Shown in pieces: positions 1 through 11,800 of a stretch of 33,978 bases of DNA (within the stretch, counting starts at the first letter, position 1; each line of letters begins with the position of its first letter). Below the pieces are notes generated by a model. The model was not told where the DNA came from and did not search any database. It was given only the letters and a program-made list of their open reading frames with translations. The position numbers and the translations under genes are program-made. The stretch is taken from positions 25,471,510 through 25,505,487 of the forward strand of contig NC_057718.1 in NCBI RefSeq assembly GCF_004010195.1, written 5' to 3'. The stretch comes from Chiloscyllium plagiosum. Lineage: Eukaryota.

Positions 1-497
1 GCGATTCACACGGATGATCCCTGGAATGGTAGGTTTAACATATGAGGAACGGCTGAGGATCCTGTGATTGTATTCATTGGAGTTTAGAAGATTAAGGGGA
101 GATCTAATAGAATCTTACAAGATAATACATGGCTTGGAAAGGGTGGACCCTAGGAAATTGTTTCCGTTAGGCGAGGAGACTAGGACCCGTGGACACAGCC
201 TTAGAATTAGAGGGGGTAAATTCAGAACAGAAATGCGGAGACATTTCTTCAGCCAGAGAGTGGTGGGCCTGTGGAATTCATTGCCACAGAGTGCAGTGGA
301 GGCTGGGGCGCTAAATGTCTTCAAGACAGAAATTGATAAATTCTTGATGTCACAAGGAATTAAGGGCTAAGGAGAGAATGCGGGTAAGTGGAGTTGAAAT
401 GCCCATCAGCCATGATTGAATGGCGGAGTGGACTCGATGGGCCGAATGGCCTTACTTCCGCTCCTTTGTCTTATAGTCTTATGGTCTTATGGTCTTA
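1..497 (+). mobile_element. CR1-clade LINE 3' end (ORF2 C-terminus, 3' UTR, microsatellite tail)
   Basis: ORF 68..370 has typical CR1 C-terminal motifs (SLEFRRLRGDLIESYKI, TRGHSLRI, FFSQRVVGLWNSLP); (GTCTTATG)n-type tail at 468-497. Confidence 0.92.
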
Positions 498-1864
498 AGT
501 GGCACTGACCAGCTAATTTATGACATAGTCAGCACTCATTGGATACCAAAATCATTGAAATGAGCAAACAGCACAAAGTTGGCCTCCTGCCTCCTGTACC
601 ATCATCAGTGAATCCGAGTTAGTCACATATTACAATCAACGTAACGGTTTTTGGGTGCTATTTAATTTAGTTGCCAATATGACACAGACAGTTCAAACTG
701 GCACGTTCTGATGTAAGGCCAAACCAAGGTACAAATGATGATTAACTGTATGAAATTCAATTTTGTAGGCGTAATAGGAAACTGTGCAGCGATAACAGCC
801 AAATTAGCTTGAGAAAATATACTTATACATGCTCAGGGGACCATAAACAAGATTCATATAAACACAAAACAAAATAATAATTAAAGAAAAATTGTCACTA
901 GAGGAAGTGCAATATTACATCCTTGCAGCTAATTCAAGTGCGCAGGATCCCATACTGATGTCTATGAAACTGCAAATAGCTCTTAATTCATTCACACTGG
1001 AAATGCTTTGACTAGAACTACGTAGGATGGTGGGGATTTGCATCATTTTGAGGTGTTATTCCTGGCCCACATGTTCTGACGTACTCTAGTCAATTGTTAG
1101 ATTTCATTGCTTAGATATAAAATTTATTATATTTTGTTCAGGTTTCATTATGGGTTCTCAAAATGTTTTTCCCATGTGGCAAATCATCCCCTTCAACTGG
1201 AAGATTATGGTCAAAGTTCTTAATGGAATGATGTGGACTTGAGTCAGAGAAGAAATAAAACAAACATAATATTTATGATGCAGTATCTAAATGATTTTTC
1301 CTTTCCAATATTGTTTTTCTTACACTCAAGGGGCTTCAACATTCCTTACATATGACAACCTTCTATTCAATTATCCAGTATAAATTGGTGACATTCAGTA
1401 ATCACAGCCATAGTTTCCTCTTAAAAACGATGTTTCATATATTTTATAGCCTGCAACAGCCAAGACTGTAACATGACTTTTAAAGAGAAATTTTGTGCAA
1501 TTTGACTTTGTCACAGCATCAAAATCAAAGCAGTTAATAGTGATGCATCTCTAATAATGATCCTTCAACACTTCACAAGCAGCTAATGAGCTCCTCAGCC
1601 AATTTAAATTACTGAAAGACTCACTCAAGATTGGGGGATTAAAGAACTATTGGGAATTGATTCGCCTCTATGTCAGAAAACACAAATTCCAGTATATAAC
1701 GTCAGAGATGGTGTGAGGGAACATAACCCTTCCATTATCCCTTCATCCACCCACTTCCAATCATTTTGATTTAGGACAATGCTTTGAGGAAATGCTTCTA
1801 ATTCACTCGCTGGAACATCTCATTCCCATCTTTGGCTTGGATCAAACTCGGCCTTCAGAGAACA

Positions 1865-2010
1865 TACATCAAAACACACAAATTAAGAGCAGGATAGGCC
1901 AGGTAATCGCTAGCGCCTACTTCAAAATTCAGTAAGGTTGTGGCTGATTTGATTATTCCACATGTCTGCACTCCCCCAGTAACCGCTCTCTTTTACTTAT
2001 CAAGAGCAAC
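1865..2010 (-). mobile_element. Old CR1 3'-UTR fragment
   Basis: 'gagcaggataggcc...gtggctgatttgatt' resembles the reverse-strand CR1 3' UTR seen more intact at 32480-32560. Confidence 0.5.
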
Positions 2011-2251
2011 AATCTCTGACCTGTTCTTTATCATATACCTCGGAAAAATTAATAATTATCAAATGGATGTATTCATCCATTCACACTAGCTACATTTCCG
2101 GTTTGATAACATAAAAGCTACATTATGAAGTGCGTCACACACAGCTTTCCATTCTTTTTTCTTCTGAGTTCTCACAACAGAAGATGTTATGCAGTTTTTC
2201 TGAGAAGGAAGTGTGGTGTTGCCCATATTTTCCAAGTAACGATAAGGGATC

Positions 2252-2646
2252 TGCTTTCTCTCTGCGTTGAATCTTATAAGGATCTGAATGGTGGGAAATG
2301 TGGCAACATTGGGCGAGAAATCCAGTGAGATCTAGCTCAATGTCAGGAGCAATTTGCTGCATCTTTTAATTATGTTTCAAACATCAAGGTTAGATTCTTG
2401 CTTGGCAATGGTGAGATACTTATAGGAAGGCATTATTGCTTGGTATCGACTTATTAACTACGAGTTATGTCTTATTAATATGCAGAGTTCCATCTTAACA
2501 TCTGTTGCTAGCAAGCTAGGCATCGAGAACTCTTGACATGAAAGTCAAAATGGCTATGTAGTTACTTCAGCTCACCACTGGCTGTGAAGACCTCTCTTAG
2601 CTCCATGTTAGTTGTCATCGCAGGGCATGCTACACACACACAGACA
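2252..2646. repeat. Copy 1 of a ~395-bp interspersed direct duplication
   Basis: Near-identical to 3148-3537 (about 8 substitutions and two small indels by eye). Confidence 0.95.
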
Positions 2647-3147
2647 TGCTACATGATTGGACAGAAGCAGATAGTGATGATAGGGACAAAAAAGGATATG
2701 GCTCACTGGGCCACAGGCTCCTCACCAGAGCTTGACTGACGAGGGCTGAAATGCAGACCTCAGAGAATGGGGCCAATGCCAGCTATGGAAAGCAAACTGT
2801 TGGCTCACACGGTCATACAAGATATTATAAAGCCAGCTAAGCCTTTTAAAACTATGGCTGAAAATATAAATTAGCCCATTTCTATCCAAGTGTTGTCATT
2901 CTGTGGAACATCACCATTCTTTGTCCACCTTTGAGTTGGGAAATATTTCAGGTTGCGTTCAATATCACCAGCTTTTGTGACTTTTGTGAAATCTCAAATG
3001 CCTGCCAGCCAAATCATGGGCTCCACCTTAGACAGATTGGTAGGCCAACTTCACTGATACTTTCAAGGTGTCATTCATCTCCCATATTCTGCTGTCTTAT
3101 CACTCAGTGAGACTTAAGACACTGAGTCCTCTGGGTAGGGTACTGAT

Positions 3148-3537
3148 TGCTTTCTCTCAGCGTTGAATCTTATAAGGATCTGAATGGTGGGAAATGTGGC
3201 AACATTGGGCGAGAGGTCCAGTGAGATCTAGCTCAATGTCAGGAGCAATTTGCTGCATCTTTTAATTATGTTTCAAACATCAAGGTTAGATTCTTGCTTG
3301 GCAATGGTGAGTTACTTATAGGAAGGCATTATTGCTTGGTATCGACTTATTAACTACAAGTCATGTCTTATTAATATGCAGAGTTCCATCTGTTGCTAGC
3401 AAGCTAGGCATCTAGAACTCTTGACATGAAAGTCAAAATGGCTATGTAGTTACTTCAGCTCACCACTGGCTGTGAAGACCTCTCTTAGCTCCATGTCAGT
3501 TGTCATCGCAGTCGCAGGGCATGCTACACACACAGAC
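3148..3537. repeat. Copy 2 of a ~395-bp interspersed direct duplication
   Basis: Near-identical to 2252-2646; runs into a CA microsatellite. Confidence 0.95.
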
Positions 3538-3569
3538 ACACACACACACAGACACACACACACACACAC
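3526..3569. repeat. Interrupted (CA)n microsatellite
   Basis: Directly visible CA run with GA interruptions. Confidence 0.95.
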
Positions 3570-3774
3570 CTAATATCCACAAACATTGGCATTTGGCATG
3601 TACAAGCTTCTAAGAACTCTGTTTTGCATGGTTCTATACTTCAATGCTGAATGTCAGGTCACACCAGCAACTATCATTGTAATGCTACAGCAAAGATGAT
3701 GGTGCACGCCAGGATATTCCAGCAGTAGTGAGTTGTTCTGGGTGAGGCAACAGACAAACTGGGGTAAGATCTCT

Positions 3775-4890
3775 TTGATTTGATTTATTGTTGTCACATG
3801 TACTGAGATACAGTGAAAAGTATTGTTTTGCGTGCTAATCAGACAAATGATACCTTACATAAAAACATCAGGTTAATAGAACAGAACACACAATATGGTA
3901 TTACAGCTGCAAAGAAGGTTCAGAGAAAGATTAACTCTAACATTTGAGAGATCCATTTCGAAATCTGTTAACATTGGGGAAGAAGTTGTTCGTGAGCCTG
4001 ATGTTGTATGTTTTCAAACTTCTGTACCTCTGAAACAAGGAAAAAGGTGGAAGAGAGTATAACTGGGGTTGAGAGGACTTTGATTGTGTTGGTTGCTCTC
4101 CCAATGCTGCAGGAAATATAGACGGAGTCAATGGAAGTAAAGGTGGTTTTCATGATGGGCTAGGCTGTGTTCACAATTCTCTGTAATTTCTTGTAGTCTT
4201 AGGCAAAGCAGCTGCCATTACAAGCTGTAATGAATCTGGACAGGATGCTTTCAATGGTGTATCCATAAAAATTAGCAAGAGTCATTGTGGATATGCCAAA
4301 TTTCCTGTGCCTTTTAAGGAAGCAGAGCTGTAGGTGTGCTTTCTTGTCTGTAGCCTCGATGTGGCTGGAGCAGGATAAATCGTTAGTGATATTTACTCCT
4401 AGGAACCTGAAGGTCTCAACTATTTTCACCTCAGCACCATTGTTACAGACAAAGGCTTGTCCTGAAGTCAATGACTCCTTCATTTAGCTGTCATTGAGGG
4501 AGAGATTGTTGTCTTTACATGATGCCAGTAAGCTGTCTATCTCTTTCTTATCCACTGTCTTGTCACTGTTTGTGATCTGACCCACCATGGAGTTGTCATC
4601 AGCAAATTTGGAAGTAGACTTAGAGCTGAACTTGGCCACACAGTCGTGACTGTAAAAGGGGTAAAGTAAGGCGATGAGTACATAGCCCCGTAGGGTGCTG
4701 GTGTTGAGGATTATTGTGGAGAAGGTGTTATCACCTTTCCTTACTGATTGCAGTCTGTGGGTCAGGAAGTCAAGGATGCAGTTTTCAGAGAGGAAGCAGA
4801 TTCCTGGGTCTCAGAGTTTGGAGATGAGCTTGGTTGGAATTATGGTTTTGAATGTGGAGCAAAAGTCGATAAATAGGAGTCTGACGTAGC
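3775..4890 (-). mobile_element. Rex1/Babar non-LTR retrotransposon, 3' part (RT, 3' UTR, AATAAA + (TCAAA)n tail)
   Basis: Minus-strand YVRLLFIDF (~4860-4888), KFADD (4595-4609), FLGVNITNDLS..HIEAT.KKAH..L.FLKR.RKFG..TIESILS (ORF 4199..4483); tttatt at 3784-3789 next to tttgatttga. Confidence 0.88.
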
Positions 4891-5803
4891 TGAAAGCAAA
4901 AAATGCTGGAGATCACAACAGGTCAGGCAGCATCCATGGAGAGAAAGCAAGCTAACGTTTCGAATCAAAATGACTCTTCATCAGAACTGAAGTGAAGTGT
5001 AGAGGGGGCAGAATTTATGCTATAATGGGGTGTGGGGTGGGATGTTGTGTTGGAGTGCTGGGGGAGAAAGGATGTTGACAGCTCAGATTTAGTGATCGGA
5101 ATGTGAGAATGGCAGAGCAATAGTGTGTCTGACAGACTGGAAAGAGCATGTGAGCAGGATGCTGTGTTAAAATGACCAGCAATAGGAAAGTCAGGGTCAT
5201 GAACTGGAAGTGTTCTGCAAAGCCATCACAGTCTACATTTTGTTTCTCCAATGTAGAATAGGCCACAGTGGGTGCAGCAAATACAATACACAAGATTGAA
5301 AGAGGTACAGGTGAAATGCTACTTCACCTGGAAAGACTGTTTCAGCCCCTGGATGGTGAGCAGGGAGGGGGTGAAGGGGCAAGTGTTGTACGTTCTGTGA
5401 TTACATGGGCAGGTGCCGTGGGAAGGGGTGGTGGTATTGGTGGTTGAGGAATGAGCTAGGGTGTCCCAGAGGGAATGATCCCTGCGAAGTACAGATAGGG
5501 GGAGCGAGGGGAAGATGTGTTTGGTGGTGGCATTTTGCTGGAGTTGTCTGAAATGGTGGAGAATGATCCTTTGAATACAGAGGCTGATGGGAGGATAAGG
5601 AAGAACAAGGGGAACCCGATCATGCTATTGTAAGTAATGGGAAGGGGTAAGGGCAGCAGCACAGATCATAGGTCGGATGCAGTTGTGGGCCCAGTCCACC
5701 ACAATGGGTAGGAAACCACGGTTATGGAAAAAGCAAGCCATGTCAGCAGCATTGTTTTGGATTGTGGCATCATCTCAACAGACATGGCATAGACAAAGGA
5801 ACT
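4891..5803 (-). mobile_element. Penelope-like element (GIY-YIG) 3' fragment nested in the Rex1/Babar copy
   Basis: Minus strand ~5215-5350 reads QSFQVK*HFTCTSFNLVYCICCTHCGLFYIGETKCRL (GIY-YIG endonuclease-type motif); terminal region carries a hammerhead motif; the Rex reading frame resumes on both sides (EHLDNKD / YVRLL). Confidence 0.85.
4950..4988 (-). ncRNA. Minimal type I hammerhead ribozyme motif, core intact
   Basis: Minus strand AGUU-CUGAUGA-A-GAGUCA-UUU-UGAUUC-GAAAC-GUU-AGCU: conserved core, 6-bp helix II, 4-bp helix I, palindromic loopless helix III. Confidence 0.75.
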
Positions 5804-7090
5804 GGGTCCTTGTTATCCAGATGTTCCAGGGACGAGTATAGGGCCAAGCAAATGGAATTTGCCGTGGACCTATTGCGATGGTACGTGAGTTGCGGTGTTC
5901 AAGGCAATCCAGGAGGCTGGGGATGGTGTGTGCCATTACTAGCCTCTTGAAGAATTCTATAATGAACAATGTCAGAGTCACTGGGTGGTAATCATTAAAG
6001 CACGTCACTGATTTTTCTTTGGCACCGGGATGACTGTGGTCTTCTTGAAATAGGTGGGAACCATACATCATAAAGTGGAGAGTTTAAGAGATGTCTGCAA
6101 ATACTTCCACCAGCTGGTCTGTGCAGGATCTAAGTGTATGGCTTGGGATTCGATTCGGGGCAGTCGCTTTCTGTGGATTCACCCTCAAGAAGGCCGATCT
6201 GATGGTGATTGTGGTGCAGGCGCACCAGAGGCTGTCAGTACAGGTGATTTCACTGGCCTTCTTTTCAAAATGAACATAGAATGCATTGAGCTCATTGGGG
6301 AGGAATATATTGTTGTCAGCGATTCTACTCAACTTTGCTTTGTAGCCTGTTGTGTTAGATGTGTCACAGTTGACATGTGCCCGTGTAATTAGTCTGGGAC
6401 TCTAGCTTAGTCTTTTGGCTCTTGGTGTCCCTGGTGGCTTTGTCCCTGCATTTCCTGTAGAGGTCAGGGTCACCCGACTTGAAGCCTCAGACCTGGACTT
6501 CAGTTGGGAATTGATCTCCCAGTTCAACCATGGTTTTGGGTCGGGAAACACTCAAATTAACTTCTGTGGAATGCAGTCTTCTACACACTTACTGATGTAG
6601 TTTGTGACGGTAGTGGCATACTCATTTAGGTTGGCCACTGAGTTCTTGAATATGGACCAGTCCACTGATTCCAAGCAGTCATGTCAGAGCTCATCTGTTA
6701 CCTCAGACCAGCACTGTCCAACTTTCCATATTGGATCGTCGTGCTTTAGTTTCTGCTTGCCAGCCAGGAAAGGAGCACAGCCTCATGGTCTGATTTACTA
6801 AAATGTGGGTGGTAAGCGTCTCTGATGATTGTGTAGAAATGGTCCAGGGTGTGTGGGCCTCTGGTGGGACAGGAGACCTGTTGGTAGTATCTTGCCTGCA
6901 CACTCTTGAAGTTGGCCTGGTTGAAGTCACCGAGTAAGATGAATAAGGCCTGACGGTATTCCGTCTCAAGGCTATTTATGGCAGTGTATATTTCATCAAT
7001 TGGACTCTTCACCTCCACATGCGGTGGGCTGTAAACTGTTGTCATGTGGCAGAAGTGAACGTCTGTGGCAGCTGCTTGGGATGGCACTTA
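5804..7090 (-). mobile_element. Rex1/Babar retrotransposon, 5' part (APE endonuclease and RT N-terminus), degraded
   Basis: ORF 6746..7087 VYSPP..LGDFNQANFK..CPTRGPHTLDHFY..SDH (APE); RVNPQKATAPNRIP and NDYHPVTLT (RT N-terminal motifs). Confidence 0.88.
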
Positions 7091-7989
7091 ACATTAGATA
7101 TTCCCGATCCAAAGGGTAGCTGCAGGGGCAAGCCAAGTAGCTAATGAGGCAAGTTCGATAAGATACGAAGAGGGAACGTGCCAGACCTTGTGGAGAGAAA
7201 ACTTTCGTGAAACTTGACAGAACTGACAGCCTAAAAACATAGGATTCAGCCCAGCGTATCTGTCCTTCAAGCATAAGCAATGCCTGCTCATGTGTCACAC
7301 CTGCAGTTGGACCAGACTTCCCGGTAGCAGTTGAGCCTTCAAGCTTTGAATATCACTTGAGTTCAAACATATGCAATGCAGCTTTCTCCCAGCTTTGCTG
7401 AAGACTATGGTGGAGCATTTCAGAGGAGCAATTACATTGTTACATACACTGAGTATGAAAGGAATGAATTCCTTTACCATTGGCTTTATCATGCTTGGCA
7501 CTTTGGTGCAATTGATCTTTTTATGGCTGATTATGAGTCTATATTGATGGTCTGTAATATACAAAGAGTGATTAAAAAGTTGTAATTGTTTTAATGTTTG
7601 TTAAAACTCCCACAAGTAAATGCTGGATGGGCTCTCCATATTGGGAATATGAAATGAAGGAAGTGTAAATGTACAAACACATGCACTCATACTGCAAGTG
7701 TCATCTAGAGCTTCCAGTGCTTTGCCTGTTAATCCTCCATCTCATTGTTCACAACCACTGGATCTAATGATGTGAATCATGCCTCTTGTTGCACTGTTTC
7801 TTATTTTGTTTTTAGTTATCATAATAAGTGATTGAATCATTAACAATCCATTCTGAGCCTTGGCATTGGCCAATTTCATCCCCACTTTGGAATATAGAGA
7901 GCTTTTGAATATTGGCTGGGCGGCAGGATGATGTGATAAGGTGTGCCAAACATCTGCCAACCACAGTGCAAGATGGTCAGCAACAGGAG

Positions 7990-8065
7990 GCAAAAAAACT
8001 GCAGATGCTGGAATTCAAGGTTGACGAGCAGGAGCTTGGAAGAACACAGCAATGTTTCGCAACAG
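7990..8065 (-). mobile_element. Short degraded Penelope-like terminal fragment
   Basis: 'aactgcagatgctggaa...gctt ggaagaacacagca' resembles the terminus at 17400-17460. Confidence 0.45.
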
Positions 8066-8519
8066 GACAGTGGCAGACTGCCCTCCTGACCAGAGCCTAA
8101 TGTGTGATCACTGAAATGCCAGTGCCCATCAGGCTGGCATTTTGACCACTCTTGGTGAGGGGGCACCTCCACTATGTCACAAATACCAGGTAAATCCAAG
8201 GAGTATCCACTGAGGTCTGGGGAGATTGGGCGAACCCTTGTGCTTGGGCACTGTTTGCCCATTGAGGGGGACACCATCAACGGGTCCACCTGCTCTCAGT
8301 AACAACCTCACTTGTCAACTCTGTGCCAGGGTTTGCTTGACTGGTCCAGGATCCACAATTACCAGTTTGCACCCCACTCTCAAGGTACAGTCTGCCCACC
8401 CTATTGGCTCTGCTGAGGCTGCTGATCCTTCTCTTGGTTGGCAGCACTTGGTATGGATGCCCATCCTTGATTTTTATTCTTGTATTTTGAGGAGATTATG
8501 AACCTCCTGTTTATACCTT

Positions 8520-11500
8520 CTTTCTGTAGCTCCACACTACCGCCTAACTGTGGTTGTGCTTACATTTTCCCCAGCACCCATGTTGTGTGTGTGCAGGTGT
8601 GAGACACAGTGAAAGACGACAGGTGTACCAATCTTTATTCAATTTACACCACCAGGAAGAAAGGAAATACCCAAGTGGCCAGTGACAAGCAGTGCCCTTC
8701 TTATCAACGGGCAATGCTGCGTGGTCAAACAGTGAAGGGGAGGGCAGGGGTTAAATCAAAATAGGGTTGAAGGGGGAAATAAAACAGAGACACCTAGGCT
8801 CGGACGTAGCTGCAGAAGAGGGGCAGGCAATCAGTCCTAATGACCCCATCCCTGGCCCACTGCCTGGACCTGTTTATGGCCAGTTGGGCCAGGCCCAGGA
8901 GCAGAACCACGAGGAGGTCCTCCGACCTATCCAACCCCCTCCGCATGGGTGCCCAAAGATCAGGAGAGTGGGACTGAAGTGCAACCAAAAGCAGAGGAGG
9001 AAGTTCTCTAGAAAACTAAAAAGGGAGTGCAAACGCCCACACCCAATATATACATGGTCCACAGACTCCACAGCACCACAGAACAGGCAGTTGGATTGGG
9101 AGTCCATGAACCACCGCAATCTGCGGTTGCAGGGGACCACTATGTGCAGCACCCTCCACTCCAGATCCCTGAGAGAAAGGGGGAAGACTCCCGCATAGAG
9201 AACCTTCCATTGGGGATCCACACCGCCCGGTGGCAAATGGGCATGCCAAGGTGTGTTCGGGCAGTGGATGAGGGAGAAGAGGTGGACGGTGTGCAGCAGC
9301 AGTCGATACAGGGCCCGCCGTGATACTTCCTTAAAAGGGAAAAAGCTAAAATTTCAGAGGCGGCTCAGGTCGTGGGGCACAGGCTCCTGTGGGAAATACG
9401 GGACCTTGGGGCCAATGTGAAATTCCGTCCAGGCAGGGGTGAGCGCGGACAGGATTGCACCACACACTTGAGCATCCACCAATGGTGCACTACGTCGGGT
9501 CCAAGCACCGTCACTTTAAGGTGCTGAATAGCAGTGGCCACGTACTGGACGCCTACTGCTCCCCTGCTCTCTATGTCCTGCGGTAGCATCCAGCCCAGGC
9601 CCCTGCCATCCAGCACGTCCCCAACCCTGGTCACCCTCAACGCCATGGCCCTCCCCTCCAACAGCCACTCAAACCTGCGAGTATGGAGGTGCAGATTCCT
9701 GAGCAACGGCTCCCTGACGACAGCCGCTACTCCTGCCAGAGGGTAAGCGTGATGCAATTCGACCATGTTCCAGACAGTGATCAGGTCCTGGTAAAAGACA
9801 GACAGTGTCCTGAGAATGACCTCGAGACCGTCTAGGTCGATGAACAGGTGCCGCATATTGTAGTTGAGATTATGCACCTGGCGGAAAAAAATACATCACC
9901 AGAGTGAACCACATAGGAAGAGGCTCAACATAAAGGCAAAAAGTCACCACCTGCGTGCGGACGCTCGACTGACTGTCCTCCTCAATAGGGAGGCTCAGGA
10001 CCTGTGCAGTGACCCAGTGCATCTTTTTGTCCCAAAAGAAGTGAACCAATGTTCTCTGGATGTCAGCGACAAAACCAGGAGGAGGGACCAAAGGGGCCAG
10101 CCAGTATGACAGCATGACAGCCACCAGCTGGTTTATGACCAGCACTCGACTCCTGTAAGATAGCACTCAGAGCAGTCCTGTCCAGCGGCCTAGGTGAGCC
10201 GAGACGTTGGCCTCCAGCTCCTGCCAGTTCACTGGCCAGGATTCCTCAGCTGGACTGAGGTAGACCCCCAGATGAGGAGATGGGTGGTACTCCAGCTGAA
10301 ACCCCGTAACTCCTGCAGCAGAGAGTCCACCCACCATGGACCAACCAGTTGTCCAGAATATTTGGCCCAGTTGATCTGGACAGAAGATGCTGCCTAGTAC
10401 ATGGCCTGGCACTCGCTCATCCTCGCCAGGTCAGCGGGTCAGTGAAAGTGAGGAGCACATCATCGGCGTAAGCAGAGAGGACCACCCCGGTGCCCACGCC
10501 ACGGAGAACCAGCCTCGACAACCTCCTCCGCAAGAGGCACTGGAAAGGCTCCACCCACAGGGAATACAGCTGGACAGCCTTGATGTACTCCTCTCCCGAA
10601 GCAAAGGGGCACCGTCAGGAACCCATTAACTTTAACCAGACACTCTGCGGCGGTGTACTAAAGTCGGATCCGAGCGATGAACTACGTCCCGAACCTGAAT
10701 GCCCACAGAGTCCCGAGCAGATACTCATGATTGACCCAGTTGAACGCCTTCTCCTGATCAAGAGACAGGAAGGCGCTCGGGAGATCAGTCTGTCGACAGA
10801 AATGGATCAGGTCCTGGACCAGGTGGATGTTGTCATGTATCCTCCGGCCCGGGACCATGTAGGACTGGTCCGGGTGAATCATGTGGGCCAGCACAGAAGC
10901 CAGGCGAGAAGACAACACCCTGATGAAGATTTTGTAGTCCGTGCTGAGTAGGGAGACCGGACACCAATTCTTTAAAAATGAAGATCCCTTTCTTCAGCAG
11001 CAGGACGATGACCGCCCTGCGCCAAGAAAGGGACAGCTCTCTGGCATTTAGACACTCCCCCAGGACCTGTGCGTAGTCACTCCACAGGACATCCCAGAAC
11101 ACTCTGAAGAACTCCACATTTAGCCCGTCCAGCCCTGGGGATTTGCCCCTCGAGAACCGGTCGAGGGCGCCGGTCAGCTCCTCCAAGGTGACGGGAGCGT
11201 CGAGCCTTCGGACTGAGCTGCGGCAGGTCCTCCCACAGAACTTGCTGGATGGATCCGGAGAGAACAGAGCTGTGTAGTAGGAGCGAACATGGGCCCTGAT
11301 ACCCTCCAGATCCAAGACGAAGGACCCGTTGTCGACCGGCAACACAGGGGGCTGCTGTTGGATGCCTCGCCTTTTATCCAGCGAGTTGATGGGGGAGCTG
11401 TGGTCCAGGTGCTGGAGGAGCCGGATCCGTGACCTCACGTATACACCCTGGGACCTGACGAGCTGCAGGTCTCGGAGCGCGCCTTCTTCTCTTCGTACAC

Positions 11501-11750
11501 GCCGTGCTGGGTCAGGTCCGCGTCGGGCTGACCAACACGTGATTCCAGATCGAACACCTCCTTCCCCAACTCCTTCATCCTGAATTTCCGCCTGTTTGTC
11601 GACCCCCTCACGTACACTTGACAGAAAACGTGAATGTGAGCCTTGCCCACATCCCACCATCACCTCAGAGAGGGGAAGCTTCCTTCTCCAGCCGGCCCAG
11701 AACCAACGAAACTAGTCTCGGAATCGCACGTTCTCCAATAGCAGATTGTT
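8520..11750 (-). mobile_element. Tx1-clade (L1/Tx1) LINE, 5'-truncated, frameshifted ORF2 (RT + zinc finger) with 3' UTR
   Basis: Minus-strand WWDVGKAHI, GKSPGLDGLNVEFF, HPDQSYMVPGRRIHDNI, SLDQEKAF, AYADD (YADD 10459-10470), CLFCGAVESVDHVYIGC; AATAAA at 8634-8639 on minus. Confidence 0.92.
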
Positions 11751-11800
11751 ATGCCTATCCTTGATTTCTTTTTTCAGAATCTCAGACACTTCTGTTTATC

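Noticed and set aside
7393..7452. Possible 60-nt exon (ctttctcccag ... GA|GTATGA)
   Set aside because: Weak donor, no clear branch motif and no recognisable peptide.
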